DNA of 64,000 nt from a virus (IMGVR_UViG_3300037400_003633:22560-86559); one strand, 5' to 3'; shown: positions 1-9,056, numbered from the stretch's first letter. Numbers and translations: made by a program. The notes: generated by a model from the sequence alone, not told the origin.

Positions 1-90
1 ACGTATGTATACGAGTAATGACGTGGGGACACGTGTACACGCCTCACGTCTGTTAGCTCCAGATTGCCCACATGCAATGTGGATGTCGCC

Positions 91-297
91 TCACGAGTTC
101 TGTTCGATGAGCGACTCTACATTAGCCTTCATCAGGCTGTCCATTTCGCTTAGGAACAATATCTCTCCTCCACTGTCCTCTATGTAGCCGTCTCCATTTC
201 TGGATGTGGTGTCTATATGGACAACGTTAGGGTAGCTTGTCCCGTTTTTCCCCAATACATTGATTGGCTTGGGTAAATATAAATCTACTTTCTTCAT
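91..297 (-). CDS. hypothetical protein
   Basis: ORF track 91..336; ATG at 297 lies just downstream of a minus-strand promoter (CAAAATTA 306-313, CAAA 334-337). Confidence 0.7.
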   Translation of the reverse strand: MKKVDLYLPKPINVLGKNGTSYPNVVHIDTTSRNGDGYIEDSGGEILFLSEMDSLMKANVESLIEQNS

Positions 298-532
298 AGT
301 GGTTGCAAAATTACATAAAAGATTTGATATAACCAAACTTTTACTGGATAATTTATCTAAAAAGTTTATATAGCCCTATATAACTTTTACACCTTATTAT
401 ATATACGTGCGAGGCTATTTGTAAAGAAATTAGAAAATTTTCATTCCAGATGATATTTTTTCTCTAAAAAATTTGGTAGTTTCGATTTTTATACCTAATT
501 TTGCAGCGTGAAACATTAAAACAACAAGAGTT

Positions 533-853
533 ATGGATAGAGAAGAATTTTACAAAGAGGGAAGCAAGGTGCTGACCGATGATGAGTACAATGTAATTTC
601 AGGTGCATTTGACGATGCCGAAGAAACCTGTAACGACATTATGAGTAACCTACGTGAGGTTATCAATGGCGTTATGGCTAAGTTGTGGGAAAAACGCAGT
701 TGCACTGAACTGACTACTGACAGGTTTACTATCATCAATCGTTTTGGTGACATTACAGTCATTGACAGGAGAGTTGATAGCACTGAGGAAACATCACTTG
801 ATGACATTAATAGCGTTGACAAGTTAATGGATATTGTAGCCAGTATTATCTAA
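533..853 (+). CDS. hypothetical early protein
   Basis: ORF track; promoter + A-rich leader + ATG; no motif recognised. Confidence 0.8.
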   Translation: MDREEFYKEGSKVLTDDEYNVISGAFDDAEETCNDIMSNLREVINGVMAKLWEKRSCTELTTDRFTIINRFGDITVIDRRVDSTEETSLDDINSVDKLMDIVASII

Positions 854-859
854 CACAAA

Positions 860-881
860 GGTGGGGTGAAATTCCCCACCA
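860..881 (+). terminator. hairpin GGTGGGG-TGAAATT-CCCCACC
   Basis: inverted repeat after stop at 853; no strong U-tract. Confidence 0.4.
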
Positions 882-894
882 CTATCAATGAATT

Positions 895-1323
895 ATGGAA
901 AGAAGAAAATTTTTAGTGAATGGTCGTGAACTGGAAACATACCAGTTAAGTAACGAAGAACTGGTTAAGTTGTGTGACAGTCCTGAGACCTCGCAGGAAG
1001 ATAAACAATTCCTGTTGGAGAAGATTAAAGAGCGTTTCACCTATGACCTGTGCAAGAGAGGTGGAGAGACCAACGACGATGTATTTGCACGTTTCTTTGG
1101 CAACTTTGTCAATGGCAAATGCGAGAGTAAGCGTAAGGTTGCCGAATTGATGAGTAAGGAGCATAGATATTTGCAGAACGAAATGTTCAAGGTGTGTTTG
1201 GAATACATTAAGATTCTTGCAGAGAACTGTGAAAAGGGATGGTTTGACCCACGTAACCAGTATGCTGCAAAGACATCTAAAGAGATTATCGACCACTTTA
1301 AAGAGATTAATTACCCATATTAA
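895..1323 (+). CDS. hypothetical protein
   Basis: ORF track; A-rich leader + ATG. Confidence 0.8.
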   Translation: MERRKFLVNGRELETYQLSNEELVKLCDSPETSQEDKQFLLEKIKERFTYDLCKRGGETNDDVFARFFGNFVNGKCESKRKVAELMSKEHRYLQNEMFKVCLEYIKILAENCEKGWFDPRNQYAAKTSKEIIDHFKEINYPY

Positions 1324-1344
1324 CAATAATAAATAAGAAGAATT

Positions 1345-1572
1345 ATGCAAGGAATTACAATTGACCAGTTAGCTGCAATGTGCAAGAAGCAACAGGCACT
1401 GGGTAACGGAAAGAAAATGGTTCTGATGTCATCTGATGACGAGTGTAACGAATACCATCAGGCTTGGAATGGACTGGAAGACCCATCAATACTTGGGGAG
1501 GGAGTTATCGACGAATACCAGTTATCAGGCTGTATCTCTAAAAATTTGAGTGATTATGTGTTACTGACATAA
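1345..1572 (+). CDS. hypothetical protein
   Basis: ORF track; A-rich leader + ATG. Confidence 0.75.
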   Translation: MQGITIDQLAAMCKKQQALGNGKKMVLMSSDDECNEYHQAWNGLEDPSILGEGVIDEYQLSGCISKNLSDYVLLT

Positions 1573-1648
1573 GGTTTCTGTTTTTCTAATAGTCATTTAG
1601 ATTGTAAGTGTTTCGAAATGGGCTGTCTGTGTTAGATAGCCCATTTTT
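1573..1648 (+). ncRNA. candidate antisense-TIR small RNA A with terminator
   Basis: stop -> CAT(1594) -> U-rich tract -> hairpin GGGCTGTCT/AGATAGCCC + TTTTT; reverse complement reads AAACACTTACAATCTAA-ATG-ACT-ATT-AGA. Confidence 0.5.
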
Positions 1649-1782
1649 AGTGAATAAACGTTAAATATTGATATAACCCTGCAAGTTTTCTCAAAAAAGT
1701 TTGGTGGTTTCGATTTTTTTATGTAATTTTGCATCGTGAAACCTGAGGATAGTCCGAGGGTACGCCTTAAAAAATTACAATT

Positions 1783-2874
1783 ATGGCAGCAAACATTGAG
1801 ATTATTAACGGAGTTGCAAGTTTTGCAGAGAACAAGAAGAGTGGTCTGGCATGGCATGGTCTGGGTCAGCAGGTAGAGGGTGCTATGTTCGTCGATGAGG
1901 CTTTGAAAGCCTGTCACGCTGACTATGAGGTACAGTCACGTCCAGTGATGGTATTGACCCCTGAGATTCAGGAGCGCATGATGCGTGGTGAGATTATCAC
2001 TGCCGACGAGTTGATTAACCTGACTATCCCCAACACTATGGCTACTGTACGTACCGACCTGAATCGTTCACTGGGTGTGGTATCTGACAAGTACGGTATC
2101 GTTCAGAATGCTGATGCTTTCCGCTTTGTGGATATGTTCTGTTCAGGTAAGTTCGCTGACAGACAGGACACTCCAGTTATCGAGACCTGTGGTGTACTGG
2201 GTCGTGGTGAGCGTGTATTCGTTACTGCTAAGTTCCCTGAGCCTGTTGTGCTGAACTCACGTCGTGATGACATTGTGGAAATGTACGTGGTATTCACCAC
2301 CAGTCATGACGGTACTGGTTCAGTACGCTGCATGGTTACTCCGATTCGTGTGGTATGCAACAACACACTGAACCTTGCTATGCGTAACAACATTGGTCGC
2401 ATTTGCTTCCGTCACAGCAGCAATGTAATGGATAGACTTGACCTGTTGCAGCAGGAGAACGCTGAGTTTGCTTACAAAGCAATGAACGTGTACGAGGTTT
2501 ACACCAATGGTCTGAAAGAGCAGTTTGACCACCTGCGTAACATCAAGGTCTCTGAAAAGGATTTGGATAACATCCTTGCTGAGGTTCTTCTCTCTCCTGA
2601 GGCTTTCAAGGCTTACAAGACCGACGGCATCAATTCCAGTGAGATTAAGACTCGTGGTCGTAACCTGTTCTTCAACGTCAAGCAGGCTATTGAGACTGGT
2701 ATCGGTCAGGACAATCAGGAGACTGGCACTGCAATGTGGGCAATCAACGGTCTGACTACCTACTATCAGAATCAGGCTAATTTCAGCAACGACGAGATTA
2801 AGTTTGACTCTCTGATGCAGGGCAATGCCTACAACAAGATTCAGAAGGCTCAGGAGTTGCTAATGGCAGTCTAA
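1783..2874 (+). CDS. DUF932 / phage-plasmid TIGR03299-like protein
   Basis: AWHGLG N-terminal motif, ETCGVLGRGERVF, TPIRVVCNNTL, W.AINGLT motifs. Confidence 0.8.
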   Translation: MAANIEIINGVASFAENKKSGLAWHGLGQQVEGAMFVDEALKACHADYEVQSRPVMVLTPEIQERMMRGEIITADELINLTIPNTMATVRTDLNRSLGVVSDKYGIVQNADAFRFVDMFCSGKFADRQDTPVIETCGVLGRGERVFVTAKFPEPVVLNSRRDDIVEMYVVFTTSHDGTGSVRCMVTPIRVVCNNTLNLAMRNNIGRICFRHSSNVMDRLDLLQQENAEFAYKAMNVYEVYTNGLKEQFDHLRNIKVSEKDLDNILAEVLLSPEAFKAYKTDGINSSEIKTRGRNLFFNVKQAIETGIGQDNQETGTAMWAINGLTTYYQNQANFSNDEIKFDSLMQGNAYNKIQKAQELLMAV

Positions 2875-2886
2875 ACCACTACAGGA

Positions 2887-2917
2887 AAGCCCTACCTGAC
2901 TTGGGTAGGGTTTTTCC
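2887..2917 (+). terminator. intrinsic terminator
   Basis: AAAGCCCTACC-TGACTTG-GGTAGGG-TTTTT. Confidence 0.75.
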
Positions 2918-2952
2918 TTTCACTCTAATAATAATATAACACCATATAAACT

Positions 2953-3336
2953 ATGAGTAAGACAAAGAAGAAATATAAGGTCAGGATATATATTACTGAC
3001 AATGTGCGTGGCAATATGGTTAATTCATTCCTGAGATTGGGCGTTTTACGCCTCCAGAACTCATTTGATGGTAAGAATGGTATATTAGCCATCTACGACG
3101 TTATTTGCCCAGCACAGGCGATTCTAGAGTTAAATACGCTGGGTATTAAGTATTTCCCACTGGATAACTATTCTGATTTTGTTATCGCCTGCCCTAACTG
3201 TGGCGAAAGAATTGATGATGATATGATACTTACTATATATGATGAGAATCTGTTATCAGGTTATAACATTAATTGCCAGCGCCAGGACTGTGGTACACAA
3301 ATGGCACAGGTAGTGTTCACGCCAGCAGATTTGTAA
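2953..3336 (+). CDS. hypothetical protein with C-terminal Zn-ribbon (CPNC...CxxxxC)
   Basis: ORF track; cysteine pairs. Confidence 0.7.
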   Translation: MSKTKKKYKVRIYITDNVRGNMVNSFLRLGVLRLQNSFDGKNGILAIYDVICPAQAILELNTLGIKYFPLDNYSDFVIACPNCGERIDDDMILTIYDENLLSGYNINCQRQDCGTQMAQVVFTPADL

Positions 3337-3455
3337 AGAAACACGAAAAGTTTATATAAGGTGATAAGTTTTTCACGAAAAAATTTGGTAGATTAGATTT
3401 TTTTGTGTAATTTTGCACCGTCAAACATTTAATAACAACTTAAATAATTATAGTT

Positions 3456-4292
3456 ATGGAAAAATTTGTTTATGGTCACGAGTTGAAGAACATGGGTATT
3501 TCTTACTTAGGTAGTGTAGCCCAGTCCATGAAGATGCGTTTGTCTTACGAGAATGGCACAATGACGTATTGCCTTTATCTCGCACCTGCCGATATGTCAG
3601 GTTACAATGTATGTCCTAACAGTGAGCACTGCAAGCAGTTCTGCCTGAATGGTAGCGGTCAGAATAAGTGCGACCAGTTGAGCCGAGGTGTGGAGGGTAG
3701 CCTTATAAACCGTTCACGTATCAAGAAAACCCGTAAGTTCTACGAGGACAGAGATACTTTCATGCGTATGCTTATTCATGAGTTGAGACGTTATCAAAAG
3801 GCTGCAAAGGAAAAGGGCATGGAATTTTCGGTACGTCTTAATGGTACGTCTGATTTGTCACCAGTTCTTTTCAAAGACCCCGACACTGGTAAGAATATCT
3901 TGGAATTGTTCTCTGATGTTCAGTTCTACGACTATACCAAAGTCCCCTCACGTATCAAGTTGATGCAGCGTTATTCTAACTACGACCTTACGCTGTCTTA
4001 CAATGGTTACAATTGGGATGACTGCGAAAAGTTCCTGAATGCAGGTGGCAAGGTTGCAGTTGTATTCTTTAGTGAGAAACTGCCTAAGAGTTTTCATGGC
4101 TATCCTATCACTGACGGTAACGGTTACGATATGCGTTATCTTGACCCTGCAAAGCATATCATTGGCTTGCACTATCATAAGACTGCCAATGACTACTATG
4201 TTGACGAAAAGGACGGTAGGAGAAAGTTTAGAGTGCCTGAAACTCCCTTTGTAGTCAAGGTAAACAACGAATTTGTGGACTGGGTTTTCTAA
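3456..4292 (+). CDS. Gp88-like phage protein (Cys cluster)
   Basis: YLAPA..NVCP...C...CL, FSVRLNGTSDL, FYDYTK motifs. Confidence 0.65.
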   Translation: MEKFVYGHELKNMGISYLGSVAQSMKMRLSYENGTMTYCLYLAPADMSGYNVCPNSEHCKQFCLNGSGQNKCDQLSRGVEGSLINRSRIKKTRKFYEDRDTFMRMLIHELRRYQKAAKEKGMEFSVRLNGTSDLSPVLFKDPDTGKNILELFSDVQFYDYTKVPSRIKLMQRYSNYDLTLSYNGYNWDDCEKFLNAGGKVAVVFFSEKLPKSFHGYPITDGNGYDMRYLDPAKHIIGLHYHKTANDYYVDEKDGRRKFRVPETPFVVKVNNEFVDWVF

Positions 4293-4379
4293 CCCTTTCC
4301 ACAAAAAAGTTGAGAAAAAGTTTGGATATTCCAGTTTTTTTTCCTAACTTTGCAACGTCAAACAAAAACAATAAGAGTT

Positions 4380-4805
4380 ATGGATAAGAAGAATTTCTAT
4401 GGCGACATTAAGACCTTGCACAAGCAGGTTGTTGCCGAGATTAAGGCTTTAATGGTTGAGCATGGCAAGGCAGTTGTTGACCTTGCAGGTAGCCAAGCCC
4501 CTCACGCTTTTATCATTGGCGTTCCAGATTTTGACTGGGATATGGACTACATTGAGGCAGAAGTCCTGAGTGTTATCTTGGAGGATGATAAGATTAAGTT
4601 AGACATCAACTGGGGTATTGACAGCGAGGACTACCTTGAAGAAAATCCCAATGATAACGATGACATCAGTGATTTGTATTCAGTGGTTGAGGCTAACGAC
4701 TTTGAGAAACTTGTTCCTTGCGCAGGAATCAGTAATGTGTACGAATCTGTTTGGGAATATCTTACCTGCGGTTACAAAGGTGATAACGACGAAAATTTAA
4801 AGTGA
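4380..4805 (+). CDS. hypothetical acidic protein
   Basis: start corrected to ATG 4380; the TTG start of the track lies inside the promoter. Confidence 0.8.
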   Translation: MDKKNFYGDIKTLHKQVVAEIKALMVEHGKAVVDLAGSQAPHAFIIGVPDFDWDMDYIEAEVLSVILEDDKIKLDINWGIDSEDYLEENPNDNDDISDLYSVVEANDFEKLVPCAGISNVYESVWEYLTCGYKGDNDENLK

Positions 4806-4806
4806 T

Positions 4807-4992
4807 ATGGCAAATTTCAATGTAAGTGTTGACATGACATTATGTAAGATGGTGTCAGTCGAAGCGGAGAATGAACAGGAGGCTATGGATAAGGTAAACG
4901 AAATGATTGCCAACAATCCATACCAGTACACTAACAATTACAGCCACTATGTGACCCACAGCGTGGTTGATGCAGAACCAGATAACGATTAA
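4807..4992 (+). CDS. DpnD/PcfM-like small protein
   Basis: F.VSV..TL...VSVEAENEQEAMDKV pattern. Confidence 0.55.
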   Translation: MANFNVSVDMTLCKMVSVEAENEQEAMDKVNEMIANNPYQYTNNYSHYVTHSVVDAEPDND

Positions 4993-4995
4993 TGT

Positions 4996-5382
4996 ATGAG
5001 ACGTTTTAGTATATTCGCAATGGTAGTCCTGCTGTTGACGCTCTCTATAGCCTCTTATGGGCTGTCACAGGACGTTGAAAAGGTGAAGCCCTCACAACTG
5101 CAAGGGAAGTATATAACAGACGATTCTGAGGCGTTTTACACGTTTACTGGTGACAGCCTCTATATCGATTGCGCTGGAAGTGGTTGCGGCATCCATGCCT
5201 ATAGTCTAAGATACACCAGAAATGATTTCAGTGAGTGTGACTTGGAAGAAACCGTAGTAGACTTAGACACAGGCAAGGAGTCCAAGGAGAGGCATCACTT
5301 TAAGTTCTTAAAGCATGGTGACAGGGTTTATGTTATAGTAGGTCACAGGACGGTAGACGTTATCGAGAAAGTTCTTCCATAA
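4996..5382 (+). CDS. secreted/periplasmic protein
   Basis: N-terminal MRRF + hydrophobic signal peptide. Confidence 0.65.
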   Translation: MRRFSIFAMVVLLLTLSIASYGLSQDVEKVKPSQLQGKYITDDSEAFYTFTGDSLYIDCAGSGCGIHAYSLRYTRNDFSECDLEETVVDLDTGKESKERHHFKFLKHGDRVYVIVGHRTVDVIEKVLP

Positions 5383-5440
5383 CCATATTAAGTTTTTTTA
5401 AGAAATTAGAGTCACGAAAACTTGTGATTCTAATTTTTTT
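5383..5440 (+). ncRNA. candidate antisense-TIR small RNA L (short)
   Basis: CAT(5384) ATTAAGTTTTTTTAAG then hairpin TTAGAGTCAC/GTGATTCTAA + T-run. Confidence 0.3.
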
Positions 5441-5480
5441 TTTATATCTTTGCACCGAATTAATTAAAACATTAAATTAA

Positions 5481-5798
5481 ATGGAACAGGACGAAAGTAA
5501 GATTTTTGAAAAGTTCTACGGCAAAAAGGTTTGTACGGAGAAACTAAATGTAGAGGGCTACAAGAAACCCATCCAGTTTGATATTTATGACGGTTATGCT
5601 GTTTGTCCAAGCTATAAGGGGCACAGGCTTGAAATGACCTACCCACAGATGAAAGCGGTAAAGGACAGCAAGGAGTTTTCAGACGCTATTATGAACTACG
5701 TTAGTGGTATTACCAATGTAGATGAAATAACCGTCCTACACGTCCTGATAGCCTTTGGTACGTTCTATAAGGATGGGGTGGAGATTCCAGCTAAATAA
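5481..5798 (+). CDS. hypothetical protein
   Basis: ORF track; promoter + leader. Confidence 0.8.
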   Translation: MEQDESKIFEKFYGKKVCTEKLNVEGYKKPIQFDIYDGYAVCPSYKGHRLEMTYPQMKAVKDSKEFSDAIMNYVSGITNVDEITVLHVLIAFGTFYKDGVEIPAK

Positions 5799-5832
5799 CG
5801 ACAGAAACAATCTTAAAACACTTACAATTATT

Positions 5833-6006
5833 ATGGCAAGAAAATATACTATCCAACTTAATTATAACGCATCTATCATTGTAGATGTTACTGGTAACGA
5901 TGAGGGTGAAGCATTGGAGAATGCAAGAAACATTGCTGAGGATGCAGACATCAAGGAATTTACTATCGGAGCAGAGAGGGAAAGTCAGATACTCAGGCAG
6001 AGTTAG
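5833..6006 (+). CDS. DpnD/PcfM-like small protein
   Basis: start corrected to ATG 5833; Y.IQL...ASIIVDV.GNDEGEALENA. Confidence 0.55.
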   Translation: MARKYTIQLNYNASIIVDVTGNDEGEALENARNIAEDADIKEFTIGAERESQILRQS

Positions 6007-6076
6007 TTTTTCATAGTTTTTTATTGTTTTATTGTTAGTTATTCAGGGGGTGCATAAAAAGATGCACCCTTTTTTT
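6007..6076 (+). ncRNA. candidate antisense-TIR small RNA B with terminator
   Basis: TTTTT-CAT-AGTTTTTTATTGTTTTATTGTTAGTT then GGGTGCAT/ATGCACCC + T-run. Confidence 0.55.
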
Positions 6077-6155
6077 GTGTTTTTCCATGAAAAAATTTGG
6101 TAGATTCGATTTTTTTATGTAATTTTGCCATGTCAAACAATAAACAATAAGAGTT

Positions 6156-6500
6156 ATGAAGAAAGAAACGTATTTTAAAAAGGCTGACGAACTTTACGAC
6201 AGCATTATTCCTACACAGAAGGAAATTCGTAAGAAGTGTGAGACATTCATCAAGAAATCATTACAGGAACATAATGGTAAGATTGATTTCTCTGATTGCG
6301 ATGGCTCTGTATCAGTAACCTACGATGGTGGCAACCATCCTGAATATGCCAGCAATGCTTTCTCTATGGTTGAGGGTATTAGCCTTGACAAAAATGGAAA
6401 TATCATCTTACAGACAGAGGATTGCTCTGAATATGGTATTGAGAATATCAACTGGGAAGAAGTTTACTGGATTGCCTCATTCATCAAAGAAAATTTCTAA
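6156..6500 (+). CDS. hypothetical protein
   Basis: ORF track; promoter + leader. Confidence 0.8.
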   Translation: MKKETYFKKADELYDSIIPTQKEIRKKCETFIKKSLQEHNGKIDFSDCDGSVSVTYDGGNHPEYASNAFSMVEGISLDKNGNIILQTEDCSEYGIENINWEEVYWIASFIKENF

Positions 6501-6575
6501 AAAAGTTCAGGAAATTTTTGGTTATTCCAAATATTTTATCTAACTTTGCAGTGTAAACAACAAAACAATAGAGTT

Positions 6576-7079
6576 ATGAGTACAAACAGTTGCGTTATCA
6601 TTAAGTTGAGACAAGAGGACATAGGGAAACCTATTAAGTTCGACAAGGCATTATTGCCTGACGGAGTGAAGATTGAAGATTGGGTGCTGAAAGACCCTAA
6701 TACTGGTAATATTTGGCATGATGAGAGTACCAAGGAGAAGTCAAAGACCATTATTCCCACTGGTAAGTATATCGGTATCTATTGTCACTGGGATGGTCAC
6801 AAAAGTAGTGTTGGTAATGCCCTTAAAACAAGGTTCTCTAACTATATTCATGCGCTCAATCTACTTGCAGGTGGTTGGTGCAGTGCAATCAGCAAAGGCA
6901 GCATAAAGCACTATGCCAATAGAAAGGGTGAAAGATGGGGCATTATTCAGCCTGTGTTTGGTGACACACCGCAGGAAATCATGAAGAATATAGACTTTCA
7001 GTATTGTTACCTGCTTGATGAAAAGGGTTGGCGTTGCTATGACACTAATTACAAGGCAGTGAGATTCTTGAAGTATTAA
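6576..7079 (+). CDS. phage protein with YCHWDG motif
   Basis: start corrected to ATG 6576; GIYCHWDG motif recurrent in phage hypotheticals. Confidence 0.7.
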   Translation: MSTNSCVIIKLRQEDIGKPIKFDKALLPDGVKIEDWVLKDPNTGNIWHDESTKEKSKTIIPTGKYIGIYCHWDGHKSSVGNALKTRFSNYIHALNLLAGGWCSAISKGSIKHYANRKGERWGIIQPVFGDTPQEIMKNIDFQYCYLLDEKGWRCYDTNYKAVRFLKY

Positions 7080-7120
7080 TCGGGTTGGGGAGCAATCCCC
7101 ACCCACAAAAATAGAATATT

Positions 7121-7342
7121 ATGGATAGATATACTACATCAACAGGATATGAGGTTTCTGAACGAATGAACGGTCTCGATATATATGACGAAAATGGTGA
7201 TTACATCTGTGAGTTGCACGGTAGAACTCTCGACGAATACAGAAACGAGGAAGAGGCTATCGACGAAGATGCACTTGAAGGTGACATCAAGAACCAACTG
7301 GAAGTAGAGGCGTTTATTGACTACCAGTCAGGTTACTGCTAA
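7121..7342 (+). CDS. hypothetical acidic protein
   Basis: ORF track. Confidence 0.7.
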   Translation: MDRYTTSTGYEVSERMNGLDIYDENGDYICELHGRTLDEYRNEEEAIDEDALEGDIKNQLEVEAFIDYQSGYC

Positions 7343-7427
7343 AAAATACTGGTAAAAACTTGTATATCTCGAAAATTTTATATATCTTTGCCTTGTGAGG
7401 TAATTATATATTAAAATCAAAGATATT

Positions 7428-7553
7428 ATGAGTGGAAACAAAAGACTAATGCGTAGTGTAGAACACCTGAGAGTGATTGCTACGCCAACGAGAGTGCGAG
7501 AGAATGAGGACGGCACAAAGGCCCAACTCTATCGAATAAACCCGATGAGGTGA
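7428..7553 (+). CDS. 41-aa small ORF (MSGNKRLMRSVEHLRVIATP...)
   Basis: translated by hand; ATG after promoter 7359-7390 and A-rich leader; below the ORF-track cutoff. Confidence 0.5.
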   Translation: MSGNKRLMRSVEHLRVIATPTRVRENEDGTKAQLYRINPMR

Positions 7554-7554
7554 C

Positions 7555-7715
7555 GCACTAAAATGCCTGGGGCTATATGACAGGACTGCCGACGTTACGT
7601 CTCCTGAAGCCCTTTAAACTACCCTAACGTGGATTGGGTGTCCACACTAATCAATTAAGGAAATGGAGCGACAAGAACGACCACCGCCCTGATGCAGGGA
7701 TATAGGTTTTAAATG
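7555..7715 (+). ncRNA. putative structured RNA
   Basis: non-coding, GC-richer, nested stems GGGCT/AGCCC, CAGGA/TCCTG, GACG/CGTC, plus GTGGA/TCCAC and CCCTG/CAGGG. Confidence 0.35.
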
Positions 7716-7758
7716 AATATTATAATAAGTTTGCGACATAATAAAAGATAAAAATGTC

Positions 7759-7832
7759 TGGATAGTAGCTCAGTTGGTTAGAGCACTATGGCATTTGCCT
7801 ATGAGTCGCAGGTTCGAGTCCTGCCTGTCCAG
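7759..7832 (+). tRNA. tRNA-like RNA with disrupted anticodon arm (pseudo-tRNA)
   Basis: acceptor TGGATAG/CTGTCCA, D arm GCTC-AGTTGGTTA-GAGC, T arm GCAGG-TTCGAGT-CCTGC; anticodon arm CTATG-GCATTTG-CCTAT does not pair canonically and lacks U33. Confidence 0.75.
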
Positions 7833-7846
7833 CAATGCGTCGTGAT

Positions 7847-7915
7847 GATGCCTGTTTTTCCATAATGAAATTGTTAGGTTGAGGGAAGCGTATCCAGATG
7901 GGTGCGCTTCCATTG
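7847..7915 (+). ncRNA. candidate antisense-TIR small RNA C with terminator
   Basis: GCCTGTTTTTC-CAT-AATGAAATTGTTAGGTTGA then GGAAGCGTATCC/GGGTGCGCTTCC hairpin. Confidence 0.5.
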
Positions 7916-8022
7916 TTTATGTTAAAAATACTATAAGGTTATAAGTTTTTCTCGAAAAAATTTGGTAGATTCGATTTTTTTATCTAATTTTGCCACGTCA
8001 AACAATAAAAACAATAAGAGTT

Positions 8023-8445
8023 ATGGTAATAGGAATTTTAAAAGTGGAGAAAACCACAAAGGTAAAAAACAATCCGTTTTACGGAAACTACGAGGTTAAG
8101 GACACGTACACTCACAACATTGTGAATGAGAAGTATGTAGGTCTTGTATCGCCTGAGAATGGCATACACATTGTAGTGAAGTCTATTGACGGTGATAAAC
8201 TGGACATCACCATTGGTAAGTATGCTTTCACTGGTGAGCGTGAAAAGGACTTTGACGAGGACATAGAGTTTTCCACATCATTTGGCTTCAGTGGTCACAT
8301 CTATGAGGTCACAGTAGATGTTCGTGGTCAACTTATCTCTCTCGACGAATGGTACGGTTATGGTGATTTCGAGGACTGTAATGAGCCTGACAATCACTAT
8401 AAGAAGAACAGTAAGGGTATTAAGTGGGAACTTGTAGATATGTAA
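8023..8445 (+). CDS. hypothetical protein
   Basis: start corrected to ATG 8023. Confidence 0.75.
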   Translation: MVIGILKVEKTTKVKNNPFYGNYEVKDTYTHNIVNEKYVGLVSPENGIHIVVKSIDGDKLDITIGKYAFTGEREKDFDEDIEFSTSFGFSGHIYEVTVDVRGQLISLDEWYGYGDFEDCNEPDNHYKKNSKGIKWELVDM

Positions 8446-8449
8446 GACT

Positions 8450-8671
8450 ATGGCACGAAGAATAGCAATTATCGACCACAATGAGCATGAGTTGCTTATT
8501 GAGGACATCAACGAACAGGAACTGAAAGAAAAGTATGGTGGTGATGAACAGGCGTATATTGATGATAACTACGACCTTGAAAACTACTCGTGGGATTGGA
8601 TTACTGACACCCAGTATTTCCCTGAGGGTGACCCTGACCCAATGGAAGTTGAGTTTACTGATTGGTTGTGA
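8450..8671 (+). CDS. hypothetical acidic protein
   Basis: ORF track. Confidence 0.75.
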   Translation: MARRIAIIDHNEHELLIEDINEQELKEKYGGDEQAYIDDNYDLENYSWDWITDTQYFPEGDPDPMEVEFTDWL

Positions 8672-8771
8672 CAATTGGGCAATAATAAATGTTAAAAGAT
8701 TGGGATATTGCTTTGATATTCCAATCTTTTTATGTAATTTTGTCACGTCAAACAATAAAAAGATTATCATT

Positions 8772-9056
8772 ATGGAAACAATAGTAATCAAAGGTGTCAA
8801 ATGTTTGCTTCCTTGCAAGGTGTTATCACTTGGTCTGGATATGCAGTGCCATCATGTTATTACAAAAAGCACAATACTTTCTGTGAACGAGTCAGAAGAT
8901 AAACTTATCATTGAGAATGATGGCATAAAGATTCGTTTACGCATGAATGACTTAAATGACTTTTATCCAGATACTACGGAGAACTATAATATTCTGAAAT
9001 CGCAATGTGATGAAGAATATAGCCAGTGGCATAATAGAATTGTGAAAAATAATTAA
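8772..9056 (+). CDS. hypothetical protein
   Basis: start corrected to ATG 8772 downstream of promoter 8712-8742. Confidence 0.75.
   Translation: METIVIKGVKCLLPCKVLSLGLDMQCHHVITKSTILSVNESEDKLIIENDGIKIRLRMNDLNDFYPDTTENYNILKSQCDEEYSQWHNRIVKNN

Noticed and set aside
1735-1770. Hammerhead ribozyme (GAAAC next to CTGAGGA)
   Set aside because: The core elements are adjacent, without the stems and order a hammerhead needs; only a small leader hairpin
7833-7915. HDV-like theta ribozyme after tRNA genes
   Set aside because: No nested double-pseudoknot pattern could be built downstream of 7832, 10965 or 16924
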